Of a stretch of DNA of 59,506 bases, positions 35,395-49,278 are shown piece by piece. The stretch comes from Phoronis australis (Eukaryota; Animalia; Phoronida), in contig NMRA01000015.1 in assembly GCA_002633005.1 (NCBI GenBank), positions 46,869 to 106,374 on the forward strand. The letters run 5' to 3'. Positions within the stretch are counted from its first letter, which is position 1; the number at the start of each line of letters is the position of its first letter. Below the pieces are notes generated by a model that saw only the letters and a list, made by a program, of their open reading frames with translations, ran no database searches and was not told the origin of the DNA. The translations under genes and the position numbers were made by a program.

Positions 35395-38385
35395 AGGACT
35401 TGTTCTGATGGCAGATGACATTAACAATGCCCTGACCAAGTCACTAGATATTTCCTGCCCCAAACGCTGTATTAAGGTCACTGGGAAACCAAAACAACAG
35501 ATTTGGTGGATCAAAGAACTGGCAGCACTTCGGGGTAAGGCACGTAAAGCTCACAGAGCGGCAATTCGGACTGACACTGACGAGTGCTGGGATGCGTATC
35601 ATCTTGCCTATCGTATGTTTAAGTCTGCCACACACAAAGCAAAGCGCAACTTCTGTAGGAATTTCTGTCAGCAAACTAACAGCCTCTCTGCATCTGCAAA
35701 GCTGGTGCAATTGCAGAAGAACCACTCCTCCAGACTCGAGGTCTTTCAACGAGAGGATGGCTCATACACACGCTCCGCCGAGGAAACACTCGAAGTCATG
35801 ATGGGTAAGCACTATCGTGATAGTGTAAACCTGTCGAACCAATGTTCAGAAGTGACGGACTCCGAGGAATGTGAACCATTAGCTTATGCTGATGTTGAAA
35901 ACATAGCCACACTACATCTCGTGGAGATAGCTCTAAAGTCTTTTAAACCATGGAAGTCCCCAGGACTAGACAGGATATATCCTATAATGTTGCAAGAGGC
36001 TGGGATACCACTATTCCAAATACAGCAACTTACAAAGCCAGTCTTAGACTAGGTTATATCCCCAAGACTATGACTGAAGCTAGGGTAGTCTTCATTCCTA
36101 AACCAGGGAAGAACTCGTACCTTTTGGCTGAATCATTTAGGCCTATAACCTTAACATCCTTTCTTCTCAAAGGGCTGGAAAGGCTCATTCTGTGGCATCT
36201 TGATAAACAAGGAATACAGAACAATTAATTCAGAACAACCAGTATGCTTATAGGTCTGGCTTCTCTACGGAGACCTCTCTACATCATCTGGTTGCTAGAC
36301 TGGAAAGGGCTGTTTTTAATAAACAATTTGCCCTCTGTGCCTTCATTGATGTTGTTGGTGCTTTCAGCAATATTAAGCATGATGCGATCCGGATTGCACT
36401 AAACCACTGACTTTAAAGTGAATAGGTGTCTTACCAGGTGGATCATTAACATGCTTGGAGGTCAATCTGTGACTGCCTGTCTAGACGATGTGAGAGTGGC
36501 GGTTCACATCACCAGAGGAACACCTCAGGGTGGCGCTACCTCACCCACCCTCTTTAACATGGTTATAGATGGTTTGCTTCAACAATTATCCAATTATCTA
36601 CTGACATGGGTCCAAGCTTGTATGTTCAAGCCTATGCAGATGATATTGTTCTCAGCATTGATCCTGACACACGTCGCTATCTTGCTCACAGAGCACTGAA
36701 TACAACAGCCACATGGGCTAAGTCAGTTGGCTTAGAAATTAGTGGTAGCAAAACAAAAGTGATTATGTTCACTTGGAGGCTTAAATGGTCATTGCGGCCT
36801 TTAACGCTGAATGGTAAACATCTTGACCTTGTAGACAAGGCAACTTACCTAGGTGTCATTTTACACCATCGTCTTTCCTGGATTCCGCATATTACAGAAA
36901 AAATCTCAAAAGCCAAATCTGAATTGGTGAGATGCAGTTGTGCGGTGGGGAAAACTTGGGGAATGTCTCCCAAGAATATGTTCTGGGTTTATACTGCTGT
37001 TATCCAACCTATAATGTCCTATGCTTCGTCAGTATGGGTAACAGCATTAAAACAGATTACAATTATCAACAAACTTAGGCAGCTGCAACGTCTAGCTTGT
37101 CTGTGCGTAACCTCTGCTTTTCCAGGAACGCCTTCTGCAGCCTTAGAAATGCTAATCGGTCTACCACCACTATACATATACCATGAGGGTGAAGCTGCAT
37201 GTGCTGCACTTCGTCTCAGATATAATGGCCAGTGGGTGAAAACTCACATCCCTGACTGTGTTGCACACAGAAGCCACAGGAATGTTTGCAATAAACTAAT
37301 GGCCAAGACTGGGCCACTATGGAACATGCCTAGTGATGTCTAGGTCACAGCTTTAAATCATACATGGATGGCCTACCGCAGAACACAAGAATGAGGTGGT
37401 TCGTTTTACTGATGGCTCTAAACTGGAAAATGGCCAGACAGGTGCTGGAGTCTACTTTCCAAGCCTTCCTGTTGCAGATGCAGAAAACTGGGTATCGCTA
37501 GGCAATTTTGCCACCGTGTTTCAGGCTGAGATCACTGCAATTAATAGAGCTGCTCAACTGGCACGACAATATAACACTGAGCTTGGCAATCAGCCGATTA
37601 CCATCTTTTCAGATAGCCAGGCAGCAATAAAAGCCCTAAAGAAACTAAGGGTCAACTCTTGTTGTGTTAATGCTTGTATTAATGAGCTTAACAAGCTTGC
37701 AATTGAAAGAACCGTCAATATACGCTGGGTTAGGGCCCATGTGGGAATTGATTGCAATGAGAATGCAGACAGACTCTCAAAGATAAGAGCAAGCGTTCTG
37801 CATTTTGTGCCTGAACCTGCTATCCCGGTATCTTACGGATGTTGCAGGATGAGTATACGCAACTGGGTACATACCCAGTCAGCAGCCCAGTGGGCATCAC
37901 TTAACTCCTGCAGAGAGACCAAGAAGAATTTTCCCAACGTGATCGAACCAAAAGGTTCAAAAAACCTTCTGCGTCTAGATAGATTGGGTATAAGACACGT
38001 CATTCAAATTTTGACATGCCACTGCAACCTAGCCCGACACAGACACATTACTGGGCATATGGGGAGCCATGTGTGTCCCGAGTGTGGTACTGACGTAGAA
38101 TCTCCTAAACTCCTGGTAGAGTCTTGCCCAGCGTTTTGTAGGCTAAGGAGAAACCTACTGGGTGACACTGTTACATGCCTACAACATATAGTGCATGGCA
38201 ACAAATGGAAATGTCTGTCCGTTTTCCTAAAGGAGACTGGCAGACTTGTAAACTTTCTTCACAAGGAGCCATAATTGGGCTCTCGTGCTTTTGCTTAGGT
38301 GTTTTGTGCAATGGGCCCAACCATGAGGCCTGCGCACGTCTGATGCACCGCAAATGACATCAGACCACCCGCACTGTTTTTTTTT
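35395..38385 (+). mobile_element. 5'-truncated, degraded non-LTR retrotransposon (RT + RNase H + Cys-rich C-terminus; R1/LOA- or I-group-like)
   Basis: KSPGLD, FIPKPGK...FRPITLTSFLLKGLERL, GTPQGG...SPTLFN, YADD and YLGV. RNase H motifs FTDGSK...TVFQAE...IFSDSQAAI...WVRAHVG...NENAD, then CPEC. Several stops and frameshifts. Confidence 0.9.
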
Positions 38386-38489
38386 TGTTAAAGGTTTTCC
38401 AATGAACATTCTGTTGCACAATGATCAGGCCGCTATTTTTAGACTTGGCTATTCTTAATCTGAGTCATCAAAAATAGGTCAGTTTCCTA

Positions 38490-38920
38490 CATAGCCAACA
38501 CTAATCAGATGACAGGCTTATAGTAGACGCTAATCAGATGACAGGTGTATGGTCCACACTAATTAGATGACAGGTTTATAGTCGACACTAATCAGATAAC
38601 TGATTTATAGCCGACACTAATCAGATGACAGGTGTATAGTCCACACCAATCAGATGACAGGTGTATAGTCTACACCAATCAGATGACAGGTGTATAGTCC
38701 AAACCAATCAGATGACAGGTGTATAGTCCACACTAATCAGATGACACTCAGGTGTATAGCCAACACTAATCAGATGACAGGTGTATAGTCCACACTAATC
38801 AAATGACAGGTGTATAGTCCACGCTAATCAGATGACAGGTGTATAGTCCACACTAGTCAGATGACAGGTGTATAGCTGACACTAATAATATGACAGGTGT
38901 ATAGTCCACACTAATCAGCT
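38490..38920. repeat. 29-bp minisatellite, about 14 copies
   Basis: ACACTAATCAGATGACAGGTGTATAGTCC units. Confidence 0.9.
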
Positions 38921-40253
38921 GTCTGTTGGATTATTATTGATTAAACATAGTGGCAGTAACTTTTTTCTTTTTTTTGGGAAAGATAAAACGGTGATAAACT
39001 TGTCAAGTGAATGTATGGATTACGGGGTACCACTGCATGTGGAGAATTTCTTGCTTACACTGGTCTCCACTAAGATTCCCTTTGCCCTGTAAAACTTTTA
39101 TTATGCCTATTCAGCACGTCCTTTGTATTCATGTACATGTAAGCTAAAGCAGTGGAAAGGAAATTCCTAACGCTTAATTTTCTCAACCTCCGTGCTTCTT
39201 ATTACACCCATATTGGTTTTCTCTGACATTTGCACTGGGTCAATGTAGAGAGTAGTTTACAAAATGACCAAAAATAGTAAATTTTGTTCATGTTGACAAA
39301 GGGGCACTTCCCAAAGTAACGTTGATTGTAAACATGTTTCATACGTTATTTTATTTTTATCACCTCAGTCTACTTGTTTTTTTTTTCTGGCCGTATAGGA
39401 ACGGGGTGCTATCTTTTTATCTTTTTATTTTATTTTTAAGCTTGAAATCCCAAAACAGTCGTACTGAGATTTTGTTGGCTAGTGAAACTTAAAAGTCTCA
39501 GTTAATTATGAACCCATCCCTGCTGCTTGTATTTTCTCGTTGAGTTTTAAGCTAGACATAGTCAGTCTTTACATGTGGTCCTTCACCATCTAATTACCGT
39601 CAATATTGGGGCATTTCCACGAATATCAGTATTCTGGTTAGCGTATAACTGGAGTAAAATAGTTTGACATGCACTGGATGATAAGTAATGCATTTGACAT
39701 CTAATTTGGTCACCATATTTGTTGTAATGTAGCTTAGTTGTATACTAAAAGAATTATCCATGTGATATTGTTAATAATGATCAGCGTTTGTAAATTGTCC
39801 GAGTATATCAATACACACTGTTGTTTTTGTTCAATCGTAACCAATGCTTGTATTTGTTAGCTTATTAGTTCATTGACTTTTTAAAGTCAAAAGCCATACT
39901 TAGCTGTTTTTTTTTCTGCCGATTACTGCCATGATGTTTATTTTTAACGATTTGGTTTATGCATTTTGAAAATTCTCCATTACGTATAGGCAGAGCTGTT
40001 TACTACAGTTTACAGCCAGATAATTGCACCTTATTGGATGTTGCTCTGGACAATGTGGTCACCACAACTGTGACCGACTCTGGCGCCGCGCTCTTTTTTA
40101 TCCTTGTAAAAACTGCTTGGAAGGACCAGCGGTGAAAATTTCCGCACATCTTTATAAATGCGCATCTTCCTTGTAAGCGTATTATTCACGGCATGGTACA
40201 ACAATCCAAGTCTTTTACAACATCAAGTTGTTAGTGTTGCCTTGTCTTCCCAG

Positions 40254-40430
40254 GATTCACCAGGTGAGGTCATTTGGTAGTAACATCGCAGTCAACGTCT
40301 GGTGGGACTTCCACAAGAACACAAAAATTGACCTGGATCAGTGCCAGCAACAGTTTAACAAGGACTTAACTTTAGACAAGGTTGACTTCAAAGGTTTGAA
40401 TAGTCTTATGGATGAGATACCGGCCATCAG
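40254..40430 (+). CDS. JmjC gene exon 6 (distal His ligand)
   Basis: tcccag|G completes W, then IHQVRSFGSNIAVNVWWDFHKNTKIDLDQC...DEIPAI-AG|GTAGGA. WxHxV and NIAVNxW motifs. Confidence 0.93.
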
Positions 40431-41746
40431 GTAGGAAGACATCTTGAAATCAATGGACTCTTTGAAAAAATGACCTTTGACACAGAATTTAGAAATTAGT
40501 TGACCTCTGAATACACGAGACCCAATAGCGGATTTGCAGCGCAAACAAACTACGCATTGCGCATGTGCGAGTTACTTCCTGCGCGAAGGCNGTAATCCTT
40601 CCTGAACTCAAAGGGATTATCATACATTGTGTTGAACTTAGGGGATTACCATATACTGCTCTGAACTCCAGGATTACCTTATACTGTGCTGGAGTGAAGG
40701 ATTACCTTATACTTTGCTATACTCAGGATGATTATCCTAGATGCAAAAGGTACACACTCATCCAACGCTTTACCGCAAACGGGTGGCGCTTTGCTCCAAT
40801 TACGTGGTTTGTCACTTTATTGCTAAGCGGTGTCAGTGCTGTGCATGAACTAGGAATCTTGCTTAATCTCAAGATCGCGTATTTGTGAACTTGGAATTGA
40901 ATACTCATCAGGTGAAATTTTTGTTAAGTGTAAAGAATTTTGTAATTATTGGCCCCACAATCACCAATTTAAACCTTTTCCGTATCTAGCATCAAAGAAT
41001 CGTAGGAATATGTGCATGTTTACATCAATTATTGTTTGGTAAATGAGATTGCCAATAACTGAAAACAGCGGATTGGTTAAAATTTATGTTATTTTATTAT
41101 CATGTAATTTGATTTAGTGCGGTGCAAATTTTTATCGATGTGAACGTGATTACTTGAGTGAACTTGTCAAGTATCCTCATGTACGACAAACTTACAAACT
41201 GTAATGAACACTAAGTCTGAAATACTACAGTTTTAACATGCTAGGAAAATACGATTCTTATAAACTATTATTGAAAACTACAATTGAAATGGCACTAAAA
41301 TACTTTAAGGAACGAATGAGTCATACGTAGTCCTGAAAAGGACTGTTGAATCGAGTCAAATTATACACAAAATTCACAAAAAATTGTAACAAGGTCTATC
41401 AACGTTGAACGCTGCCTGACTGTTTGATTAGCCTACCCGCAATATAAACAAGTCACATGACTGCTTAAAAGCAGCGCCACCTGTTAGTGAAGCGGAGTAT
41501 TACAGACAATGCCATCTGGTTGCGGTAAAGCCTTGGATGAGTGGGTACCTTTTGCATCCTAGACTGTGCTGCATTCACCTGAAAACAAATATGCACTCGT
41601 TTTCTAAGTTTGGTCAGAATAGAAAGTGTTGTCTTGAAAATATCTTCTTTCATTGCTGTCTTCTCAGCGCCATCACGAAGTTTGTAACGTTATGTTAACT
41701 GTACTTTGAAACCACAGTGTTTCAGTGTTACAAACACTTTTAACAG

Positions 41747-41819
41747 GGATGTCTTTTTGCGATATGCTAAAAAAGAGCCAATAACGATAGACTCGATGAG
41801 AGAACGCTTCGGCATACAG
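41747..41819 (+). CDS. JmjC gene exon 7
   Basis: taacag|G DVFLRYAKKEPITIDSMRERFGIQ|GTAATG. Phase 2 to 0 fits the neighbouring exons. Confidence 0.72.
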
Positions 41820-42657
41820 GTAATGACTGAGGCGAGGAAAACCTTCGTGGCTTTGTGTGTGTTCACCTCCTCTGTAGACCTGGGCTCTGTTAAGCTCAAG
41901 CTTCACATTTAACTAAATAGATTGCAATTAGCACATCACTGGCTATAAATAATTTCTACTTCTCAGTAATATATTCTTAGACACTTTGATCTTTTACTGA
42001 AGTGAGTTTTAATTATTTGTTGCAAGTAGTTGTTTCTAGTGCATAGACCAAAGTCACTTTTCGTGAAACAAATCCCTGTTTTAACGCGCTGGCACTTTCA
42101 AGAATTGTGCAATGAAATTATACATAGCCTCAGATTATGTGAGCTTAGAAAGGATTTTGCACACATAGTGGCTTTGTCTTCAATCCCCTTATTGGGCTCT
42201 ACTCATGTGTATTGATTCATTAACCATCCCCTTCATAAGCTCTGTTAATTCGATTGTATGCTTATGCACTTTTAACTAATAACAATGCTTAGGCTGGTTC
42301 ACAACTCTTTGTCCTGGGTTACTGAAACACCTGATTGATAGAATATAGACGATTCTGGTTCTTGGTCAAAGAAATAGATAATGAGTGCTTAAGCAATAAT
42401 TGATGTCATATTTAAAATGTATACACACCCATCCAAATGTTTTGTTTCAACTCATGATAATGTTTTGAGTTAAACCAAATGCTTGGTCATGTGCATATGT
42501 TGTAAATATGAAATAGAGTATTACAAAAACACAAAAGAGATCTGTTTTCAAATAGAATATTGCAAATGCAGAACTTCTGCATGACTCCATAGTGGTTTCT
42601 CCCTTTAATTATTAAAGATACCTGCACAAATATGGTTTGTGTCAAATTGAGCTGATG

Positions 42658-43927
42658 TTTTTATGCAGCCACATATTTCTATGGGAGTGGATATTGCCAA
42701 CATCTCTGTCGAGTTGTCCTGCGTCAGTTGCTATATCTCCTAAATGACTTGCAGGATCGTAATGAGACGGATAAGGAGTTTTGGACCAATCCGACTGTGG
42801 CTCTGCCCCTGGTGTTTTTTTTTTTACGTTTGCCTCTTTATCTTTGGAATTCCTTGATGGATTTTTATGAAATTTAGGGAATAGGTTTCTAGTAAGAAGA
42901 TTTCGCCTTCCTGATTTCACACAGATGTGACGTATTCTGCGTCACTTGGTGGCCATTTTAAGCATTTTTGAGTGTGTTTGACATCCGCCTCTATATCTTA
43001 CAAACTTCTCTAAGGATCATTATGAAATTGGCATGTGTGTTCCTAAGAAGAAGAACGCAGCTGATGCTGATTTTCGGATGGGTTTGCAACCCCTTAATAG
43101 CATTTTTTGTCCACTGCTGTATCTCTTTAACCTTTTGGAGGATCTTTGTGAAATGTAGCAGATGTTTCTGTTAACTAAAGGAGACGATGCCTTTGTATTT
43201 TTTTAGATGGATTCTGGGCCACCTCGTGGCCATTTTTTATTTTGGTTTGTTTTTTGTCATCCCCCTCTTCTGCCAAACTGTTCAAAGGAACATTATGAAT
43301 CATGGCACGAGACTAGCATGGCTGACGTTGATTTTTGGACAAGTTTGACGACATTGGCCTGAATCCTTTGCAGGATGTTGACGAACTGTTGCAGGTGTTT
43401 TCCTATAAATATGGCAATGGCTGCCCACGACTTTATAGATGGCTCTGATTACCGTTTTCCCCGTAGTGGCAATTTTATCTTTTTACCTTTGTTTGCCTCT
43501 GTATCTTCAGAGTTCTTTTGACGATTTTTCATGAAATTTGGCCAACAAATTTGTATTATGAAGATGACAGCATCTTTCTGTTTTAGGATAGATTCAACTT
43601 ATTCTGCACCGCCTAGTGGCCATTTTAATTAATTTTGTTGTTTTTTGCTGTCTGAGATTCCGGATGAGTTCAACATATTCTTTGCCATCTAATGGCCATT
43701 TTTGTGAAACTAAAAATGCCACTAGAAGCACGTTTTGTGTTGCTGTCATAGATGCATTTCAACATTCCGCATTGATTTTGTTGTTTTTTGCTGAGTCTGA
43801 GATTCCGGATGAGTTCAACATATTCTTTGCCATCTAATGGCCATTTTTGTGAAACTAAAAATGCCACTAGAAGCACGTTTTGTGTTGCTGTCATAGATGC
43901 ATTTCAACATTCCGCATTGATCTTGTT
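42658..43927 (+). mobile_element. Diverged Helentron/HINE-like element with a 145-bp tandem duplication of its 3' end
   Basis: Starts TTTTTATGCAGCCACATATT and ends GCATTTCAAC...GATCTTGTT. Carries reverse-complement subunits. Near-perfect direct duplication over about 43640-43921. Confidence 0.7.
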
Positions 43928-46159
43928 AAATTAAATACATGATCTGATTTTATTGAGGATTGGGTCTTACCATTCCCGTACCATCTTTGAATAATTTGGC
44001 CTAGAGTTGCAAGCATTTTCAATTTGATTACTCAATACACAGCACATTCTGGCTTGGTCTTCACAGTAGAAGAGTTGACTATTTGCCTGTTGTGTGTTCC
44101 CAGCTGATGATTTCTTAGATTTAAAACGTCAAAAGAACTCTTCCAGTATGCGCTTCTTTTATTTCTCTTGATGATCTCTGATAACTGTGTGCTAGAAAGT
44201 CTAATACATCGCTTTAACCTTTGCTTCAACAGGAAAGTCTTGTCAATATATTCAAGGAGGAATCCAGTCACATTAGAGATTGTGAAACGATTTTTTGTGC
44301 AGGTAAACCTGCATGCTTTATAAACAGTTGACTTGAAAGTGCATAGGTAGGCTGAAGAATGTATCAGCTGTGAAATACATTTTGCCTTGGTCTGATATTT
44401 GCTTCACACAATATTGACATCTATAGACCAACTTACAGTGTTACAGAAAACTTAGAGATGCTCTTTCAGCATTGTTTTACAAATAACTTTTATTAGAGAA
44501 CGAGTTATAATGAACTTACTAAATTAAGTCACAACTTTTCTCCAAATGATGTTATTTCAGAGGACATTTTCAGGCAATGTAAGCAGAATTTAAATTAATA
44601 TGGAATTTAACAAATCATTTTTTCAATTTCTGGTGGTGTACCTCAGTCAGAAGTTGAACGAAGCTGAGCTTTAATTTGTGGTCCGTTTCATATGAAACTT
44701 TCAAAAACTATACGTTATGCTGTCTTCTCCAAAACACTTTTGAGGATTGCTTTTAAAATGTTCAACTTTTGCGTGATAGGAATAAAATGAAAATGATATC
44801 TTTCTTTAAATTGTAACAACATTTTTGAGATGCTATCTTGAACATTTACAGGAAATAAAATTTGGTCATGTTGCTGATGTTGTTTTGCAATCAATGTACC
44901 TTAAGTTTCTTCTTTGCTAAATTTAACTAAAAGGACGTGGTCACATGACCCAAGTAAAACATCAGAAATCAAATTCTGCAGGTTTTCCACTTTAAAAACT
45001 TTTACTGTGTTAAATTCTTTAATTTTGTATATATTTGGCAAAATAGGTAGACTTGTCAACTACAGGTCTTACCTAACCTTAGCCACAGATAACTATTAGC
45101 CACACACAAGTTAGGACCTAGCCAGACTAGTTTGACTCCGACAGGCATAGCAATGTTTTCTATGAATGAAATTTGTGACCACAGAAATTACCGGTACGTG
45201 TTTTTAAATCAGTATTTTTGATTGTTTGCTCTTCTTTCCTGGTTCATGAAACTTGCAGAGATAAGAAATTTATGGTAATCCAAAGATATATCATCTTGCC
45301 TTTTCGATTTCTTCTGTAACTCTATAACTTTCTAAGTCATTAACAATTTGTTTTAACTGGTGACCTCTCAGCTATTTTTGTTTTCATCAGAACAGTCCTC
45401 GTGAACTTGTGGAGAACTGTGAGTTATATACTATGTCAATTCTTTCTTACGATAGTGGGCTATTCAGTATTGCATGTTTCAAATTGATGCCTCCCTTGAA
45501 AAACCTGATGTCAGGGAGTCAATTTCTCAAAAAATGTATGACTATTTAAAATAACAAAGTTTCAAGGCATGGCACAGACACAAGTACATGCATTGTAATA
45601 CACCTCTTTGGACTCCATAAGGAGGAATGATACAAATTATGTATGTATACCTTTTTGTTGGGTGTTCGATGTTGATGTTTTCATAGTGCAAGAGGTATAT
45701 GTGCTCTGTCTTGTTATGACTGTGTAAGAGTTTGTCATATAGTTCATTACTTCTATGAAAGACAGTTTCAAGTACATTTCTTTCTGTAACCACTTCAGTA
45801 GTGTTTTGAGTGATAATCGAGACTTAAAAACCTGTGCAACATGAAAAATGGGTGAGGTACTCTAGAAACTCTATTTTTCACTTTTTGCGTGTATTGGAAA
45901 CATTTGTTTGCTAATAAAAGTTATAAAAGACGTTTGGCTTCATTTCTGTGTTTACTACTCAACATTTTTGAAAACAGTAGTGGTGGCAATTTTCCCCTAT
46001 TTAAACAGTCGATAGATAACTTAAAACAATCTAATTAGTGTGAAATCCTGGAAGTGATGGCTGATTAACTCAAAAAGTTTGGAAATTGGCAGACTAGTTG
46101 CAAAGAAATAAACATGGATGAGCATTTTCCTAATCAACACTTTATTATTTCCCTTTCAG

Positions 46160-46216
46160 GAAATGTCTGAAGACATTCTGAATAGGTCTGGTGGCATACA
46201 GTCTCTGTTGGCTGGG
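46160..46216 (+). CDS. JmjC gene exon 8
   Basis: ccctttcag|EMSEDILNRSGGIQSLLAG|GTAGGA. Phase 0 to 0. Supported by splice signals only. Confidence 0.65.
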
Positions 46217-47524
46217 GTAGGAGAACATGTTTTTGCTTTCAGTAGCTCTTACATTGTGACAATGCCCACTGAGTGCTCGATTGTCCACTTCCAAAATACA
46301 ATCTTCTAATAGTTATAGTTGCTACGTACCGCCAAAAATAATAGTTACTTTCTAAAGGAGACTTAGTATACTCGTCTCATCTTGTTTCTTATTCAGACTA
46401 GTTCGTAGTCAGGGCCCTTGCTCCCTCGATGTGGGGCAAAATATCGGCCTCATTCCCTCTGTTAAGTATTTGAAAATCGCACGAAATTCCGCTGATTAGA
46501 ACCAAAATTCCCCTGAAATAAGTATGAAATTCCCCTCGAAATTTTAATTGCTTGTAACTTATATAGGCAACATTTGGAAACGGCAGAAAAATTTTGGCTT
46601 GTTGAGGCACAAGAGAGGTGGGGGTGCTATCGGTGGTGACGGCACACCTACCTTTTGCCTGAGGTGAACGAGGGTCCTAGTGGTGGCTGAGATGAACAAG
46701 GGTCCTAGTTGGGCCTAAGGTGAACGAGGGCCACTAGTAGTGTTTTCAGACTTGGGAGAACTATCTGTTGTTGCTTGAGGTTATGCTGGCCATATAAAGT
46801 GACCTGCTTTGTATATCCATGCAGATTATACTAGAACTTGCCTGGGAGCCTAGACACTGGATACATTCAAACCAGCCAATAGCCCAAGTCCACTTTTGTT
46901 ACATAAATCTGTATAATTATACAGCAAGAAACCAATTTACTGGGAATTTCATGTACACCTTTCAGCATACGTAGACTACTGAAAAAATTACATTGGTAAA
47001 TTTGGAATTACTGTGAATTTGTGGTAAATTAGAAAAAAGTTTGTGTATAATGATTTAGCTTTAGTTATTTCTGTCTTTTCCATGACTAACTAGTCAAGGG
47101 GTCATTTGCTTCGGTTAAAAAAATTACCTGAATTGTTGTGTAATGAAATTAGAAAGAGACAAAATGCACCAACTCTGCTGGTTTTAAGTTGAAAGATGCA
47201 CATAGTGGTCTGTTCATGTTAGTTAACTTTCAGATGTAACAGCAGCTGTTTCTGTAGTCAGACAGAATGAAATTCCCCACTGATATCCTTGAATAATTCC
47301 CCACTGATATCCTTGAATAATGCAAGGCACCGATATCCTTGAATAAAGCAAGGCTCTTCAAATTATTCCTGTGTGTAGTTGATGTTCATGTTTACAATTT
47401 GTTTTTGAAATTATCGACAAATTTTCTTGAAAATGTCCGGTGACAACACGCACTGTTCTGTTTATTTATTACAACCTGTTTGATATTTTAATTGTATTGG
47501 TATAACGAGATCCGTTCTTTGTAG

Positions 47525-47596
47525 ATTGTAGATGCACTTGATAAAGACAAAGATGGCCAGGCTACTGAACAAGAAATCAACGACAGTACTGATGAG
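47525..47596 (+). CDS. JmjC gene exon 9 (EF-hand loop)
   Basis: ttctttgtag|IVDALDKDKDGQATEQEINDSTDE|GTAGTT. DKDKDGQATEQE matches D-x-D-x-D-G-x5-E. Confidence 0.82.
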
Positions 47597-48659
47597 GTAG
47601 TTATACCTAGGATTACTGTACATTTTATTTGAATCTGATGTTCCGTAAAGTGCTTCAGTTTAAAACTAATATTGCAAAGCTGTCAAGGTAGCCAGGATCA
47701 ATGTGGAGATTTTTTTCTGGAGAAGGTGGCACAATGCAGAAGCCAAAATAATGTAGTCACACGTGGAAGAAAACTACCATTTCTCGTTTTTCTGGTGTTG
47801 CGTGGTAGTACATCCAGTGCTTTGCAAATAATTCGAGATAAAAGAACAACTTGACGCTACACTTGGGGACCATTTACAATCATAGTGATTTTCACAAGTT
47901 TACAAAATATACACTTTAGTCAGGTAGGTGGTTGAGGCTTGCTGCTGGTGTACGCTTTTGACGTGATGAAAATTTCAATTCAAAGGCATAATTCAATGCT
48001 TTGTTTATAATGCTTTTTTCAAATTGTTGCGTCAGGGAATCGTTTGTAATGGCTTACAAACAGTTTATGTGAAAAAATTTCTGTTTATAAAAATGTCGAC
48101 ATTTTTGTGCTTTTGAGACAGGTCATGAAAAGTGTACATTTTGTACACCTCGTTTAAATGGCGATAATTGTTAATGCCCTCCCCCCACATGACCTTCTAG
48201 CCAATTATGTCAGACCTGACTACGTCAGATTACAATACTGACTCACAGGTCCGACTTGCAATACTGACTCGCAGGTTTCATTTATCGCTAAAGCTTGAGA
48301 ATGGTGGATCTCTGTTAACGCACCATAACCAGAAAGCACCTGTGAGTGCTTTTTCAGGAACAAAAATGCAATGGTGACGTTTGGAATGCATACTCCCAGA
48401 AATGGCTGCCATGTCTATTCTTCATTCTGTGGCCCTTGAAATTCATGCCCAAGTTGACAGATGGCACTGATACGTTTAATGGCACCCAAACAACTGACAA
48501 AATTAAACATAATATGGAAATCCTGTGAAGTGAATACAAAGTGTTATAATGAATGAACTTACTTACTGAAAACATACATGTAAAATGAACAAAGTTTACA
48601 TGCTTACAACATGGTAATCAACTGGCATGTACACATCTCTCTTTTATTAGGTCATTTGT

Positions 48660-48835
48660 AGAGGCAGTGTGGCCTAGTGGGATAAGTGTTCGCCTCCTTT
48701 ACTCAAGGTTGTGCATTTGAGCCCAACTGGGGTACACTGCGAGATCCTGGAGTTAGGTCTCCAGCTCCTCAGCTCAGTTTCATTATGTGTTAATAAAGAA
48801 TAAAAATGGTTCCAGGTGGTCAGTGCAATGGGTCC
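48660..48835 (+). mobile_element. Degraded tRNA-derived SINE-like sequence
   Basis: GGCAGTGTGGCCTAGTGG (A box)...GCATTTGAGCCC (degenerate B box), followed by a ~40-bp minisatellite at 48840-48985. Confidence 0.4.
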
Positions 48836-49143
48836 AGCCGAGCAGCCTGCACATATCTGGTACAATGTGTACCAGACATGTGCTGCCTGCTCATGTCTGG
48901 TACAATGTGTACCAGTCATGTGCAGCCTGCGCATGTCTGGTACACATTGTACCAGTCATGTGCTGCCTGCGCATGTCTGGTACAAGACTGAATGCAATTA
49001 TTTTTATGGTCATTTGAAATTCAAGTTGAAAAAGTTCCCAGGATGTTTTTCTCAGAGAAATCCCTGGTAGGTATCCAGCCAAATGTGACATACTGTGGAA
49101 TTGTATTGTTCAGATTAAATAGCAATAAATGTCTTCCTTCTAG

Positions 49144-49278
49144 GATTGGAATATGGTAAAGGAACGAGTTGGACAACTAGATTATCTGATGAAAGCAATG
49201 CAAGAACAGGAAGGAGAGTCTGATACTTCAAATAGTTTGTTGTACAATGATGAAGAGTTTAACAGAGACGAACTTTGA
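49144..49278 (+). CDS. JmjC gene exon 10 (terminal, ends in RDEL-stop)
   Basis: cttccttctag|DWNMVKERVGQLDYLMKAMQEQEGESDTSNSLLYNDEEFNRDEL*. AATAAA at 49336-49341. The ten exons total 1263 nt (420 aa + stop). Confidence 0.85.
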   Translation, partial: DWNMVKERVGQLDYLMKAMQEQEGESDTSNSLLYNDEEFNRDEL

